The position numbers were made by a program, and so were the translations under genes. A stretch of 64,000 bases of DNA, taken from positions 129,510 to 193,509 of the forward strand of contig CAZLJP010000001.1 in assembly GCA_964559915.1 (NCBI GenBank), given 5' to 3'. The notes under the pieces were generated by a model. The model was not told the DNA's origin. It searched no databases and saw only the letters and a list, made by a program, of their open reading frames with translations. Position 1 is the first letter of the stretch. Each line of letters opens with the position of its first letter. This stretch comes from an uncultured Candidatus Saccharibacteria bacterium. GTDB taxonomy: Bacteria; Patescibacteriota; Saccharimonadia; Saccharimonadales; JALRHH01. Positions 1-9,044 of this stretch are shown in pieces.

Positions 1-473
1 GTGAATTAGACGAGGACGAGGTGGAAATTATGCGCGGTGCACTCAGTCTCAGCGAAAAGCGTGTACGCGATATTATGACACCTATTCGGAATGTGTATTG
101 GCTTCGTCCCGATAGCTTGATTGATGGTCGAGCCATTGCCGAAATTCAGGTCAAATCCTGGAGTCGTATCCCCATTTTCAATCAAGAATTAACTGAATGC
201 GTTGGCGTACTTTTGATGAAAGATTTAGTAAATATCAATTTCGCGAAGCAGCCTGTCCAAGTTAAAGATTTGCCGCTGCACCCTACCCGCTTGGTCGGTA
301 GTATGACCGCGCTGGACACTATGTTCCGCAAGTTTATCAATGCACATACGCATCTTATACCTATAGAAAAAGATGATGTAATCGTAGGCGTAGTGACCAT
401 TGAAGATTTGCTAGAAGAAATCCTTGGTCACGAAATTGTCGACGAAGCCGACCACCGAGTGAAGCGGTCTTAG
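1..473 (+). CDS. CBS-domain CorC/HlyC (CNNM/TlyC) family transporter, C-terminal part (5' truncated by window edge)
   Basis: Frame is open to position 1 (translation ...ELDEDEVEIMRGALSLSEKRVRDIMTPIRNV). A CBS pair followed by a CorC_HlyC-like tail is typical of the DUF21-CBS hemolysin/CorC family. Confidence 0.6.
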   Translation, partial: ELDEDEVEIMRGALSLSEKRVRDIMTPIRNVYWLRPDSLIDGRAIAEIQVKSWSRIPIFNQELTECVGVLLMKDLVNINFAKQPVQVKDLPLHPTRLVGSMTALDTMFRKFINAHTHLIPIEKDDVIVGVVTIEDLLEEILGHEIVDEADHRVKRS

Positions 474-1396
474 AACCAGCGCTTCTTATGAAAGATGTAT
501 ATCACTGTCGCCATTAATCCAGCAATTAACAACAATACAATTGAAAAAGCATGCGGGTTATCACGAAGTGGCACCGCAACGTTCATCCCCCACAACCCAC
601 CAACAATAGTTGGGATAGAGAAGAAGATAGCGATTGATGTCAGTCGCTTAAAGGTCTGGTTCAAACTGGTAGTAGCGATAGTGTCGTATGCCTGACGGAT
701 ATTCTGAAGGGCTCGTGCACGTGATTTAGCTAGCTCAATTAGCTCAGCTGCACCCAGTCTTAAGTCCTCAACCATATCCTTATCATCCTCGTACAAACGA
801 ATATACTTACCACTCAACAGGATGTTTAACACGACTGCTTGCGGTTGCAGGGCAGTCATGAACTCGTTCAAATCTTCTTCAATTTCTATAATACTTACAA
901 AATCTCGGCCAGTCAGTTCTGATTGTCGCATCTGAGCACGAATCTGCAACGTCTTCTTGGACACTTTATTGATTTGCATGCGGTAGGAACGATTTATCTC
1001 TTCCAGGATTTGCATTAAAGTCTTGGTTTTTTGAGTTGTCACCGCCTCTACTGCACCGCTCTGTAGCTGTTTAAATATGTCTGAGTCAAGTCGTGTAACC
1101 GTAATTAAATAGTTAGGGGTATATATAAGTAGCATTGGCTCTGTAGCAATATCGCGACCTTCGGGATGGCAATAACGAGTAAAGATATAGACATTGCCAC
1201 CATCTGTCTCGATACGTGGAGCTTCGTAGATATCGACAGCGTCCTGTAGCAGGTCAAGCTCTAGTCCGTATGTCTTGGCAAGGCTTTCAAGTTCTTGCTC
1301 GCTGGGAGTGACCAATGATATCCACGAACCAGCCTTCGGCTTGTCAATTTTAGCAAGTGTACGGTCTCTGGCTGTGCTGTGATATACCGTTAACAT
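470..1396 (-). CDS. corA: CorA family Mg2+/Co2+ transporter
   Basis: 308 aa. C-terminal two-TM region carries the GMN signature (LWGMNVAVP). Length and architecture fit CorA. Confidence 0.85.
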   Translation of the reverse strand: MLTVYHSTARDRTLAKIDKPKAGSWISLVTPSEQELESLAKTYGLELDLLQDAVDIYEAPRIETDGGNVYIFTRYCHPEGRDIATEPMLLIYTPNYLITVTRLDSDIFKQLQSGAVEAVTTQKTKTLMQILEEINRSYRMQINKVSKKTLQIRAQMRQSELTGRDFVSIIEIEEDLNEFMTALQPQAVVLNILLSGKYIRLYEDDKDMVEDLRLGAAELIELAKSRARALQNIRQAYDTIATTSLNQTFKRLTSIAIFFSIPTIVGGLWGMNVAVPLRDNPHAFSIVLLLIAGLMATVIYIFHKKRWF

Positions 1397-1410
1397 AAGG
1401 CTATTTTACC

Positions 1411-3243
1411 CTACTTTGCTTGGCGCTTACGCTTATTGGGATCCAATTCACGTTTGCGGAGGCGGAGATTTTTGGGGGTGACTTCTAGGAGTTCGTCGTT
1501 CTCTATAAAGTCGAGACATTGTTCGAGACTGAAGATGGTTGGAGGTGTAAGTTGGACGACACCATCGCTCCCAGAAGCACGCATGTTAGTCAGGTGTTTA
1601 GCCTTACAGACATTAATTTCCATGTCCTCTTGACGAGTGTTCAAACCAATAATCTGACCAGCATAGACTTTTTCTGCAGGACCGACGTAGGTAGTACCAC
1701 GAGCTTCGGCATTTTGCAGTGCGTACGGAGTGGTCGTACCAGTCTCAAACGAAATCAATACTCCGTTACGTAGCTGTTGCAGCGGTGCGCTCTGAGGTTC
1801 AAAACCGATAACCAAGCTGTTCATAACAATAGTACCCTTGGTGTTAGTCATCAGAATGTTACGCATACCCAGCAGTGCACGTGTTGGCATAACATATATA
1901 AGCTTAGTCACACCCTTGGGACTGGCAAATTGTTCTTTAAGGTTAGCACGGCGTTGGCCGAGTTCCATTTGTACAGCGCCCACATGTTCTGCGGGTACTT
2001 CAATAATAACTTCTTCAACCGGCTCGACTGTTTGCCCCTTTTCTTCATGGGTCACAACCTGAGGACGACCAACTTCAAACTCATAGCCTTCGCGGCGCAT
2101 AGTTTCAATCAGCACGCCAAGATGCAGCTCACCACGGCCCGCTACGGTAAAGCCAATACCGTCCTCTTGGACCCTTAGACCAACATTAGTCTCCAGCTCT
2201 TTGTCCAAGCGTTCAGCAATCTGGCGCGAGGTACTGAATTCACTCTCCTGTCCCTTGAACGGGCTAGTGTTAGGACCCAAGTAAATACGCAGTGTTGGCG
2301 CCTCTACCTCGATTGTAGGTAAGGCTTCTGGGCTGATTGCATCCGCCACTGTCTCGCCAATCTGAGCATCGGCTATACCTGTCAGTTGCACGATATCACC
2401 TGCGATGCCGCCGGGTACTTCAAACTTACTGACACCATGACTCATAAATACATTATCAACGCGGGCCCTGGCCTGTGTGCCGTCTTTTTTACAGAGTACA
2501 ACTTGGTCGCCAGGCTTAACCGCACCGCGTGTAATACGGCCGATAGCGTATTTGCCCTTGAACGTATCGTGGGCTAACGCAGTTACCAACATCTGGAATG
2601 GCTTATCGAGCTCTACTGTTGGGGCCGGAATCTTATCTATTACCGCTTCAAAAATCGGTTCCAAATCTGCAGCCATTTCTGGGTCGGTAGGTGGCGTAGC
2701 CCAGCTTTTACCGGCACGACCAATGGCATAATAGACTGGATAATGCAGTTGGTCTTCGTGTACAGCTAGCTCTAGGAATAAATCAGCTAGCTCGTCTTCA
2801 ACTTCCTTGATACGACTACCTGGTTTATCAATCTTGTTGATAATCACAATTGGCTTTAGCTCTGCTGCCAAGGCCTTGCCTAATACAAATTTAGTCTGCG
2901 GCATAGGGCCTTCTTGGGCATCAACAATCAACAAACAACCATCAGCTAGGTTGAGCGTACGCTCTACCTCACCACTAAAGTCGGCGTGCCCGGGTGTATC
3001 AATAATATTAATACGGTAATCACCGTGTTGCACAGCAGTGACCTTGGCGGTGATTGTGATACCACGCTCTTTTTCCTGATCGCCACTGTCCATAATAAGT
3101 TCTTGGCCCATTTCGGCCTGGTTATCACGGAATGTCTGAGACTGCTTGAGCAAGCCATCAACCAAGGTAGTTTTACCGTGGTCAACATGCGCGATAATCG
3201 CGATATTTCTAATCTTGGTTGGGTCTTGTTTCATGCAATACAA
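1411..3243 (-). CDS. typA: Translational GTPase TypA/BipA
   Basis: NIAIIAHVDHGKTTLVD G1 motif, EF-G-like domain order, about 600 aa. The start may be the M four codons downstream. Confidence 0.9.
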   Translation of the reverse strand: MYCMKQDPTKIRNIAIIAHVDHGKTTLVDGLLKQSQTFRDNQAEMGQELIMDSGDQEKERGITITAKVTAVQHGDYRINIIDTPGHADFSGEVERTLNLADGCLLIVDAQEGPMPQTKFVLGKALAAELKPIVIINKIDKPGSRIKEVEDELADLFLELAVHEDQLHYPVYYAIGRAGKSWATPPTDPEMAADLEPIFEAVIDKIPAPTVELDKPFQMLVTALAHDTFKGKYAIGRITRGAVKPGDQVVLCKKDGTQARARVDNVFMSHGVSKFEVPGGIAGDIVQLTGIADAQIGETVADAISPEALPTIEVEAPTLRIYLGPNTSPFKGQESEFSTSRQIAERLDKELETNVGLRVQEDGIGFTVAGRGELHLGVLIETMRREGYEFEVGRPQVVTHEEKGQTVEPVEEVIIEVPAEHVGAVQMELGQRRANLKEQFASPKGVTKLIYVMPTRALLGMRNILMTNTKGTIVMNSLVIGFEPQSAPLQQLRNGVLISFETGTTTPYALQNAEARGTTYVGPAEKVYAGQIIGLNTRQEDMEINVCKAKHLTNMRASGSDGVVQLTPPTIFSLEQCLDFIENDELLEVTPKNLRLRKRELDPNKRKRQAK

Positions 3244-3319
3244 AAGCGCCCGATTTGCAGGCGCTTGCCTTTGACTATATTATCGCATAACGGGGAGAAA
3301 CAAACAAACTGATATCAAA

Positions 3320-3586
3320 CTAGATTGCTTGGCCGTCAGGAAATTCTGGACAATTTACTGGATATGCCACAGATTCATCAGCCTCGATTGCCAAGAGTAC
3401 GCCGCAATTACCAAGTCCACAGGCGATGCCCATAGCTCGTTCTTCTTCTACGCTATCTTTTTCAACCAATATGCGAAGAGCCTGTCTGGCATTAAATCTC
3501 TGTTGTCCATCATCTAAACGCTGCACCCAATCAGCCGCACAAGTACGTTGGGCTCTATTTTCTAGAAATTCATGTATGGTAGCCAT
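3320..3586 (-). CDS. Small conserved Cys-containing hypothetical protein (CGLGNCG motif)
   Basis: 88-aa ORF upstream of typA on the same strand. No clear SD. Weak resemblance to small thioredoxin-like/DUF1450-type proteins. Confidence 0.3.
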   Translation of the reverse strand: MATIHEFLENRAQRTCAADWVQRLDDGQQRFNARQALRILVEKDSVEEERAMGIACGLGNCGVLLAIEADESVAYPVNCPEFPDGQAI

Positions 3587-3649
3587 AATCTTAATATATT
3601 ATAACACTCTTATCCTAATCCTGTCAATACTGCGTGCTACAATAAAGGT

Positions 3650-4828
3650 ATGAGTTTTGAACCACTTGCAGAGAAAATGCGACCAGCCAAGCTAGCTGAT
3701 GTAATTGGGCAGGAGCATTTGGTTACTGCGGGCAAGATTATCCACGAGATTATTGCGGCCAAGCAGCCTGTCAGCCTGATACTGTGGGGGCCGCCTGGCA
3801 GTGGCAAAACCACTTTGGCGCGAATTATCGCCACAGAGACGGATGCTGAGTTTATAGAACTGTCGGCTGTGAGGGCTGGCAAAGCCGATGTAGTAAAGGT
3901 CATAGAGCATGCGCAGCAAAACCAACGTTTGGCACAACGCACTATTTTATTCGTAGATGAAATTCACCGCTTTAATAAAGCCCAGCAAGATGCCTTTTTG
4001 CCCTATGTAGAAGACGGCACGATTACCCTGATTGGAGCTACTACAGAGAACCCTAGTTTTGAGGTGATTACACCCCTGTTATCCCGTTCACGCGTATTGG
4101 TGCTGGAGCCTCTTGACAAAGGGTCTATTACCACCGTTGTCAAGACAGCTGCTAAGAAGTTAAAACTGACTGCTAAGCGCTTGCCAGCCAGAAGTATTGA
4201 TTTGCTAGCTGAGCTATCTGGCGGTGACGCACGCGTTGCGCTGGGTAACCTCGAGTTAGCATTACAACTGACCAAAAATACTATCACGCCAGAGATTATT
4301 AAAACAGCTGCCCAAAAACGTATCCCAGGCTATGACAAAGCTGGCGAAATGCATTACAGCGTCATTAGTGCCTTCATCAAATCCATGCGTGGCAGTGATG
4401 CTAATGCCACACTGTATTATCTGGCCCGTATGCTACAAGCTGGTGAGGACCCTAAATTTATTGCCAGGCGCATGGTGATATTTGCCAGCGAGGATGTCGG
4501 CATAGCCAGCTCACCGGCACTCAATTTAGCCATCAGCACGTTTCAGGCAGTGGAGCGAATCGGCATGCCCGAGTGTCAGTACAACCTCTTTCACTGTGCA
4601 CTCGTGCTAGCCAAATGTCAGAAATCACGCGTCGTAGCCGACGCTATGCACAAGGCGCAGGCCGCAGCCAAGGAGCATCCTGATACCCCAGTGCCGCTAC
4701 ACCTGCGCAATGCTCCGACTACACTTATGAAAGATTTAGGCTATAGCAAAGATTACAAATGGGAGGCCGATTTTACACACCCACGAGGCTTTTTGCCGGA
4801 CGAATTGTCCGGGCTGGAGCTGCTGTAG
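3650..4828 (+). CDS. rarA: Replication-associated recombination protein A (AAA+ ATPase RarA/MgsA)
   Basis: MRP..L...IGQEHL N-terminus, Walker A GPPGSGKTTLA, and MgsA C-terminal helical domains. Confidence 0.85.
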   Translation: MSFEPLAEKMRPAKLADVIGQEHLVTAGKIIHEIIAAKQPVSLILWGPPGSGKTTLARIIATETDAEFIELSAVRAGKADVVKVIEHAQQNQRLAQRTILFVDEIHRFNKAQQDAFLPYVEDGTITLIGATTENPSFEVITPLLSRSRVLVLEPLDKGSITTVVKTAAKKLKLTAKRLPARSIDLLAELSGGDARVALGNLELALQLTKNTITPEIIKTAAQKRIPGYDKAGEMHYSVISAFIKSMRGSDANATLYYLARMLQAGEDPKFIARRMVIFASEDVGIASSPALNLAISTFQAVERIGMPECQYNLFHCALVLAKCQKSRVVADAMHKAQAAAKEHPDTPVPLHLRNAPTTLMKDLGYSKDYKWEADFTHPRGFLPDELSGLELL

Positions 4829-5957
4829 ATTTACGCTTGATTATCTTGACCTGTTCCCATGGCAAGCCTTCACGCCCAAAGTGTCCGTACGCTGCAGTCT
4901 GCAGATAGATTGGCTGACGTAGCTTCAATCCCTCGACAATCCCTTGTACGGATGTGTCTAACAATTGCTCGGCAAAGGTTTGGATTTTGTCTGCCGATAC
5001 CTTGTTAGTGCCAAATGTATCAATGGTAAAGTTAACCGGCTTTTTGGCGCCAATGTAGTAAGCAAGCGCCACTTCGGCTTTTGCAGCCAGCCCGTTAGCT
5101 ACAATGTTTTTGGCGATATAACGCGCTGCATAGGCGCCTGAACGGTCGACCTTACTTGGGTCTTTGCCACTAAAAGCCCCACCACCGACGCGGGCATAGC
5201 CACCGTAGCCGTCAACCACAATCTTACGCCCAGTTAGCCCGGCGTCAGATGCTGGACCCGGCGTATACCAAACACCTGTACCGTTCACCACAATATCTTT
5301 CTCGGCAATCACATAGCCGTAACGTTGAAGTACTGGCGTAATAACATGCTGATAGACATCCGCCCTGACACGCTCCAGACTAATCTTCTCATTGTGCGGC
5401 ACGGCAATTGTCACATGCTCAACAGCAGCTGGCTTATCATCTTCGTAGCGCACCACCACTTGTGCCTTCCCATCTGGACGGAGATGGGGCAAAGTGCCGT
5501 CCTCACGAGCAGTATCTAACGCACGCGTTAGCGCGTGTGCAAGACTTATGGGTAGCGGGAGATATTCTGGTGTTTCGTCGCTTGCAAAACCAAACATTAG
5601 CCCTTGGTCGCCTGCTCCAAAGTCGTCTACACCCACCGAAATTTCTGCTGATTGCTGATGAATGTAATTATCAATTGGTGACGTATCACTAAATCCCCAC
5701 TTAGGCTCCGTGTATCCCAGACGACGAATCTCTTGTCTGGCGATAGCCTCGATATCAACCTTTGCGGTAGTATTGATTTCCCCGGCTAAAATAACCCGGT
5801 TATTGCCCACGAGAGTTTCTACGGCCGTGCGACCATTCGGGTCTTGTGCCAGCACTGCATCTACAATTGCATCGCTAATTTGATCGGCCACCTTATCCGG
5901 ATGACCAGCAGCCACACTCTCCGACGCAAAATGCGTAATTTTTTTAACTTTTGACAT
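4773..5957 (-). CDS. metK: S-adenosylmethionine synthetase
   Basis: Collinear MetK signature (GHPDK..DQISD, GAGDQG, AAYGHFGR) over 394 aa. C-terminal extension overlaps the rarA 3' end by 56 nt. Confidence 0.9.
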   Translation of the reverse strand: MSKVKKITHFASESVAAGHPDKVADQISDAIVDAVLAQDPNGRTAVETLVGNNRVILAGEINTTAKVDIEAIARQEIRRLGYTEPKWGFSDTSPIDNYIHQQSAEISVGVDDFGAGDQGLMFGFASDETPEYLPLPISLAHALTRALDTAREDGTLPHLRPDGKAQVVVRYEDDKPAAVEHVTIAVPHNEKISLERVRADVYQHVITPVLQRYGYVIAEKDIVVNGTGVWYTPGPASDAGLTGRKIVVDGYGGYARVGGGAFSGKDPSKVDRSGAYAARYIAKNIVANGLAAKAEVALAYYIGAKKPVNFTIDTFGTNKVSADKIQTFAEQLLDTSVQGIVEGLKLRQPIYLQTAAYGHFGREGLPWEQVKIIKRKSTAAPARTIRPAKSLVGV

Positions 5958-5965
5958 AATTCCTC

Positions 5966-6229
5966 CTAAATTGTTGCTTGGACATCAATTTGACTGACCA
6001 GTTCTTGGGCATCGAGCCGCTGACCAGTTCGGTCAAATATAGTACTTTGTGGGCTGACTGGCACCGTTCCATTAAAGATGTCAGCAAAGGTCAGCTCCTT
6101 GCTGAGTTGGATGACAGCTTCTGCACCGAGCAATCTCGCAACTCGCAGAGTACGCGCTGGCTCAATCAGGAACTCTGGTGTTGGCGCCTGTTCAGCCTTA
6201 ATACAAGGCTCAGTTAGTAGGTTTGACAT
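5966..6229 (-). CDS. Hypothetical protein, first gene of the metK operon
   Basis: 87-aa ORF 9 nt upstream of metK on the same strand. AAGGGA SD-like sequence before the ATG. Confidence 0.4.
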   Translation of the reverse strand: MSNLLTEPCIKAEQAPTPEFLIEPARTLRVARLLGAEAVIQLSKELTFADIFNGTVPVSPQSTIFDRTGQRLDAQELVSQIDVQATI

Positions 6230-6433
6230 AAAAAATATCCCTTCTGCTCAATCAGCAAGAAAGGGATAGGATGTTCGTTAAAATCACCGTATATCTTTCC
6301 GCTTTTATGAGCGGCTAGATGGAGCACCTTCATGGATTAACGGCCTTTTCGTCTATCCCATGGGTTGCCGGCAGGTCATCGAGCTAGATCTCTCGCTGCA
6401 CTCTTTATATTTGTAAAAATTATCAAAGAAAGG
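6230..6433 (-). promoter_or_regulatory. Structured about 200-nt leader upstream of the orf87-metK operon (candidate riboswitch/attenuator)
   Basis: Minus-sense leader contains GAUGA (kink-turn-like) and CCGGCAACCC motifs. It ends in an imperfect 11-bp hairpin followed by AUAUUUUUU immediately before the start codon. Confidence 0.3.
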
Positions 6434-7342
6434 CTATTTCAAGTGTAGCACGCGACGAACATGTGTCAACGTGCTTGTGCCCAATCGCTGAATTGCTCGC
6501 AAAACATACGGTGCTGCGAAGTAGGCAGCCACCGCATACAGCCCGCCCAGAATTTCATCAATGGCATAATGCTCACCCTGATAGATAGTGCCAAAATAGA
6601 TACAGAATGGGTATATCAGTGAGGCGTATTTCCAGCTGCTCTTCTTAAATAGCTTGAAGACAAATATGGCGAATAAGGTGGCGTATGCTGCGTGTAGTGA
6701 GGGCACCGCTGCGACTGGGTTGGGAGAAATCTTGTTATAAACTGATGGGAAATCATGAATACCAAATACAGCCCAGACATGACTTGATACGCGTTGAATT
6801 GGCTCAATATATCCCATATCACTAGCCATCCACGGTGGTGCCGCTGGGAATGCTAAAAACGTCAGAAAGGCTGCAAATGATACAAGTATATACGTTGTGA
6901 CATACCGCCAATAGTGTTTTTCACGTACACGCCAAATTAGGAATGCGAGGGCAAATGGCAACACAAAATGTAGCGTATAGAACAAATAGAGAATCAAATC
7001 ATACCATTGCACGTGGCCATGCCATAGATGCTGTTGTAACCATGCCGTGGGTAGCTGCCCAAAGAACAAAAACCTATCAACATCTGGCATCCAAGTGTAA
7101 TTCACATGTTGGTTGAGATGTGGCACAATCCCCCGGAATGACTCATACACGAGCAGGAGCCCAACAAATGGCACAAAGCGTTTTAGCATCTCTTTGGCCT
7201 GGCCAAAAATCAAACAAACAAAGGTAGCAAAAACCAATAATTTGTCTGGTGTCGGAAAACTTGGCTCATGGATAAAAATAGCCAGGCTAACACCTGTCAT
7301 TACAATTCCCACAAGCTGCATGGGTTTCAGTTTTTTAAGCAT
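6434..7342 (-). CDS. PAP2-superfamily integral membrane protein (Aur1/Ipt1-like PAP2_3 domain)
   Basis: Multi-TM protein with PSLHAAYA and YQGEHYAIDEI motifs, matching the PAP2 phosphatase/phosphotransferase His/Asp signature. Confidence 0.55.
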   Translation of the reverse strand: MLKKLKPMQLVGIVMTGVSLAIFIHEPSFPTPDKLLVFATFVCLIFGQAKEMLKRFVPFVGLLLVYESFRGIVPHLNQHVNYTWMPDVDRFLFFGQLPTAWLQQHLWHGHVQWYDLILYLFYTLHFVLPFALAFLIWRVREKHYWRYVTTYILVSFAAFLTFLAFPAAPPWMASDMGYIEPIQRVSSHVWAVFGIHDFPSVYNKISPNPVAAVPSLHAAYATLFAIFVFKLFKKSSWKYASLIYPFCIYFGTIYQGEHYAIDEILGGLYAVAAYFAAPYVLRAIQRLGTSTLTHVRRVLHLK

Positions 7343-7493
7343 CGTTTATCATTATACCAATACTACGTATTAGTGAAACGGGCGATACTCAAACTAAACA
7401 TGTAAACACGTTTAGTTTTCCGTTTCTACGTTATAACTAAAACTGCCCCGCTAAAGCGAGACAGCCGCAATACGTCCACATCGACACGTATTC

Positions 7494-7658
7494 TTAAAGC
7501 GTGCGGGGCGTTTGCTCGTATTCCCAAAACGACTCAACTACCGGTTCATCACCGGTTTCTTGGTCGTTAAAATCAGTCAAGTCGTGACGGACATTCAGGC
7601 GTAGTGCTTTCCACATATATTTAACGCGCTGCTTAGCGACAAATTGTTGAGTAGTCAT
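7494..7658 (-). CDS. Small ORF (54 aa) translationally coupled to the upstream small ORF
   Basis: Below the ORF-track size cutoff. ATG overlaps the TGA of the upstream ORF (ATGA). GGAGGTG SD lies inside the upstream ORF's 3' end. Translation MTTQQFVAKQRVKYMWKALRLNVRHDLTDFNDQETGDEPVVESFWEYEQTPRTL. Confidence 0.35.
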   Translation of the reverse strand: MTTQQFVAKQRVKYMWKALRLNVRHDLTDFNDQETGDEPVVESFWEYEQTPRTL

Positions 7659-7834
7659 AGCGCACCTCCACCATCGAAGCTCATGGGATGTCGTTTTTCA
7701 ATCTGTGGAACAACATTCATACGGTGAAGTGCGGGATTGCGCAGCGCAATGCGATGCACATCATCAGCTGGACGCAAATCATCACCTGCGTTTCGCATCT
7801 TAGTTTTGGCAATAGATATATTATCTTGGCTCAT
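7655..7834 (-). CDS. Small ORF (59 aa) downstream of crp
   Basis: Internal start of the 99-aa track ORF. Strong SD GAGAGGGGAG 6 nt before ATG (MSQDNISIAKTKMRNAGDDLRP...). Coupled to the next small ORF. Confidence 0.4.
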   Translation of the reverse strand: MSQDNISIAKTKMRNAGDDLRPADDVHRIALRNPALHRMNVVPQIEKRHPMSFDGGGAL

Positions 7835-7956
7835 GACATCTCCCCTCTCGGTACCCGTATTGTTATATATTTCTTTACCTGAAACAGTGACAGTCTTCAC
7901 AATATTCATGTGATTAATATCACATGTTTGCCTGAGCCCAGGCTGAGTGAGCAAGG

Positions 7957-8670
7957 TTACTTATTTTGCGATATGGGGTGTTCAAGAAAGGGCCACATGC
8001 CCAAAACGTCTTCTACGCCAATGGTACTGGCCAATTTAATTGGATCAATAATTACAAAATGCCCGCGGCCCTTTTGTCGTAGTAGCCCACGTTTTTCCAT
8101 ACGGCCAATCATACGACTGGCAGTCTCACGTGTCATACTCAGTGAATCGGCAATATGTTGGTGACGGAACGGTATTGTCAGATACCAGCCGTCCTCGTGT
8201 AGCTCGCCATAACGGCCAATAAAATACAGCAAGCAATAGGCTACTTTGTCGTACGCATTACTAAAAGTCAGATTTTCCACACGAGATTTGAGGAAATACA
8301 TTTGCTCCATCTGCATATAGGTAAATTCTTTGTGCAGCTCTTCGTTGCTAGATAAGGCCTCTTCTAGTTTCTTTGGGGGCAAACTATACGCCACGATATC
8401 GGTGTATGCTTCCCTGTAGACATTCTGATGCACGTCCAGAAAGGCCCACATGATAGAGAATATTTCGCCTGGCTGATACATGATGTTGAAGTGCTGCGTG
8501 CCATTTTTTGCCAGAGTGTATTCTTTGACTAATCCTTGAGTCAAAAAATAAACCCCTTTCGGGGTTTCGTTGGCGTGTTGGATGATTTCACCCTTCTTGT
8601 AAGTTAGTTTTTGGCCCAACTTGAAGAGCTTCCCAATTTCGGTCTCAGATTTGTTACCGGCGTATTTCAT
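7957..8670 (-). CDS. Crp/Fnr family transcriptional regulator
   Basis: N-terminal cNMP-binding beta-roll and C-terminal HTH (RETASRMIGRMEKRGLL). 237 aa. Confidence 0.8.
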   Translation of the reverse strand: MKYAGNKSETEIGKLFKLGQKLTYKKGEIIQHANETPKGVYFLTQGLVKEYTLAKNGTQHFNIMYQPGEIFSIMWAFLDVHQNVYREAYTDIVAYSLPPKKLEEALSSNEELHKEFTYMQMEQMYFLKSRVENLTFSNAYDKVAYCLLYFIGRYGELHEDGWYLTIPFRHQHIADSLSMTRETASRMIGRMEKRGLLRQKGRGHFVIIDPIKLASTIGVEDVLGMWPFLEHPISQNK

Positions 8671-8760
8671 CCTTTGTAGACCTTTCGCATTACTATGCGA
8701 TACTTCATAGTATACACCTTGTAGCTAGTTTTACGCCTAGCAAAAAAGAGCGGGTTTTAG

Positions 8761-8766
8761 TATAAT
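8761..8766 (+). promoter_or_regulatory. Possible -10 box (TATAAT) for tRNA-Gln
   Basis: Perfect TATAAT about 28 nt upstream of the mature tRNA 5' end. The -35 is not convincing. Confidence 0.25.
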
Positions 8767-8793
8767 CACCTCTTGTCAGCTATGTTGACATAC

Positions 8794-8868
8794 TGGGGAT
8801 TCGCCAAGTGGTAAGGCACTGGTTTCTGGTACCAGCATTCGGGGGTTCGAATCCCTCATCCCCAGCCA
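8794..8868 (+). tRNA. tRNA-Gln (anticodon CTG), CCA encoded
   Basis: Cloverleaf closely parallels E. coli tRNA-Gln (TGGGGAT/ATCCCCA acceptor, anticodon loop TTCTGGT, T-arm GGGGGTTCGAATCCCTC). Confidence 0.85.
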
Positions 8869-8870
8869 TG

Positions 8871-8913
8871 AAAAAGCGTTCATTTGCCAGCGGCAGATGG
8901 ACGCTTTTTCTTT
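8871..8913 (+). terminator. Rho-independent terminator after tRNA-Gln
   Basis: GCGTTCATTTGC...GCAGATGGACGC hairpin followed by TTTTTCTTT. Confidence 0.7.
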
Positions 8914-9014
8914 ACTCGGACGATAGGGATTCGAACGACCGAGTCCAGTGGACTCGGGCCGCCTGAAACCCGGAGGGTGACCGGAGCAAAAGTAATTTTC
9001 TTTTGCTGGTCAGG

Positions 9015-9044
9015 TCGAATCCCTCATCCCCAGCCATGAAAAAA
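9015..9044 (+). repeat. Direct repeat of the tRNA-Gln 3' end (T-loop half, T-stem, acceptor 3' strand, CCA and 8 nt of downstream flank)
   Basis: About 28-30 nt identical to 8847..8876 (TCGAATCCCTCATCCCCAGCCATGAAAAA). The 5' half of the tRNA is absent. Confidence 0.8.

Noticed and set aside
1436-3312. Multiple 60-130-aa ORFs antisense to typA (and similarly antisense to cyoB, leuS, ligA, oppA, uvrC)
   Set aside because: They are nested on the opposite strand inside long, well-supported genes. This is typical of spurious antisense frames.
6230-6433. Confident SAM-I riboswitch call
   Set aside because: Only partial motif matches (GAUGA, GGCAACC, GGUGC). P2 and the pseudoknot elements of SAM-I could not be found by eye. 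I kept it only as a low-confidence candidate.
8869-9036. Possible SRP (4.5S) RNA or tmRNA because of GGTCAGGTC and tRNA-like 3' end
   Set aside because: It lacks the conserved GGAAGGAAGCAGC of SRP helix 8 and is far too short for tmRNA. The CCA end is explained by tRNA-Gln duplication.
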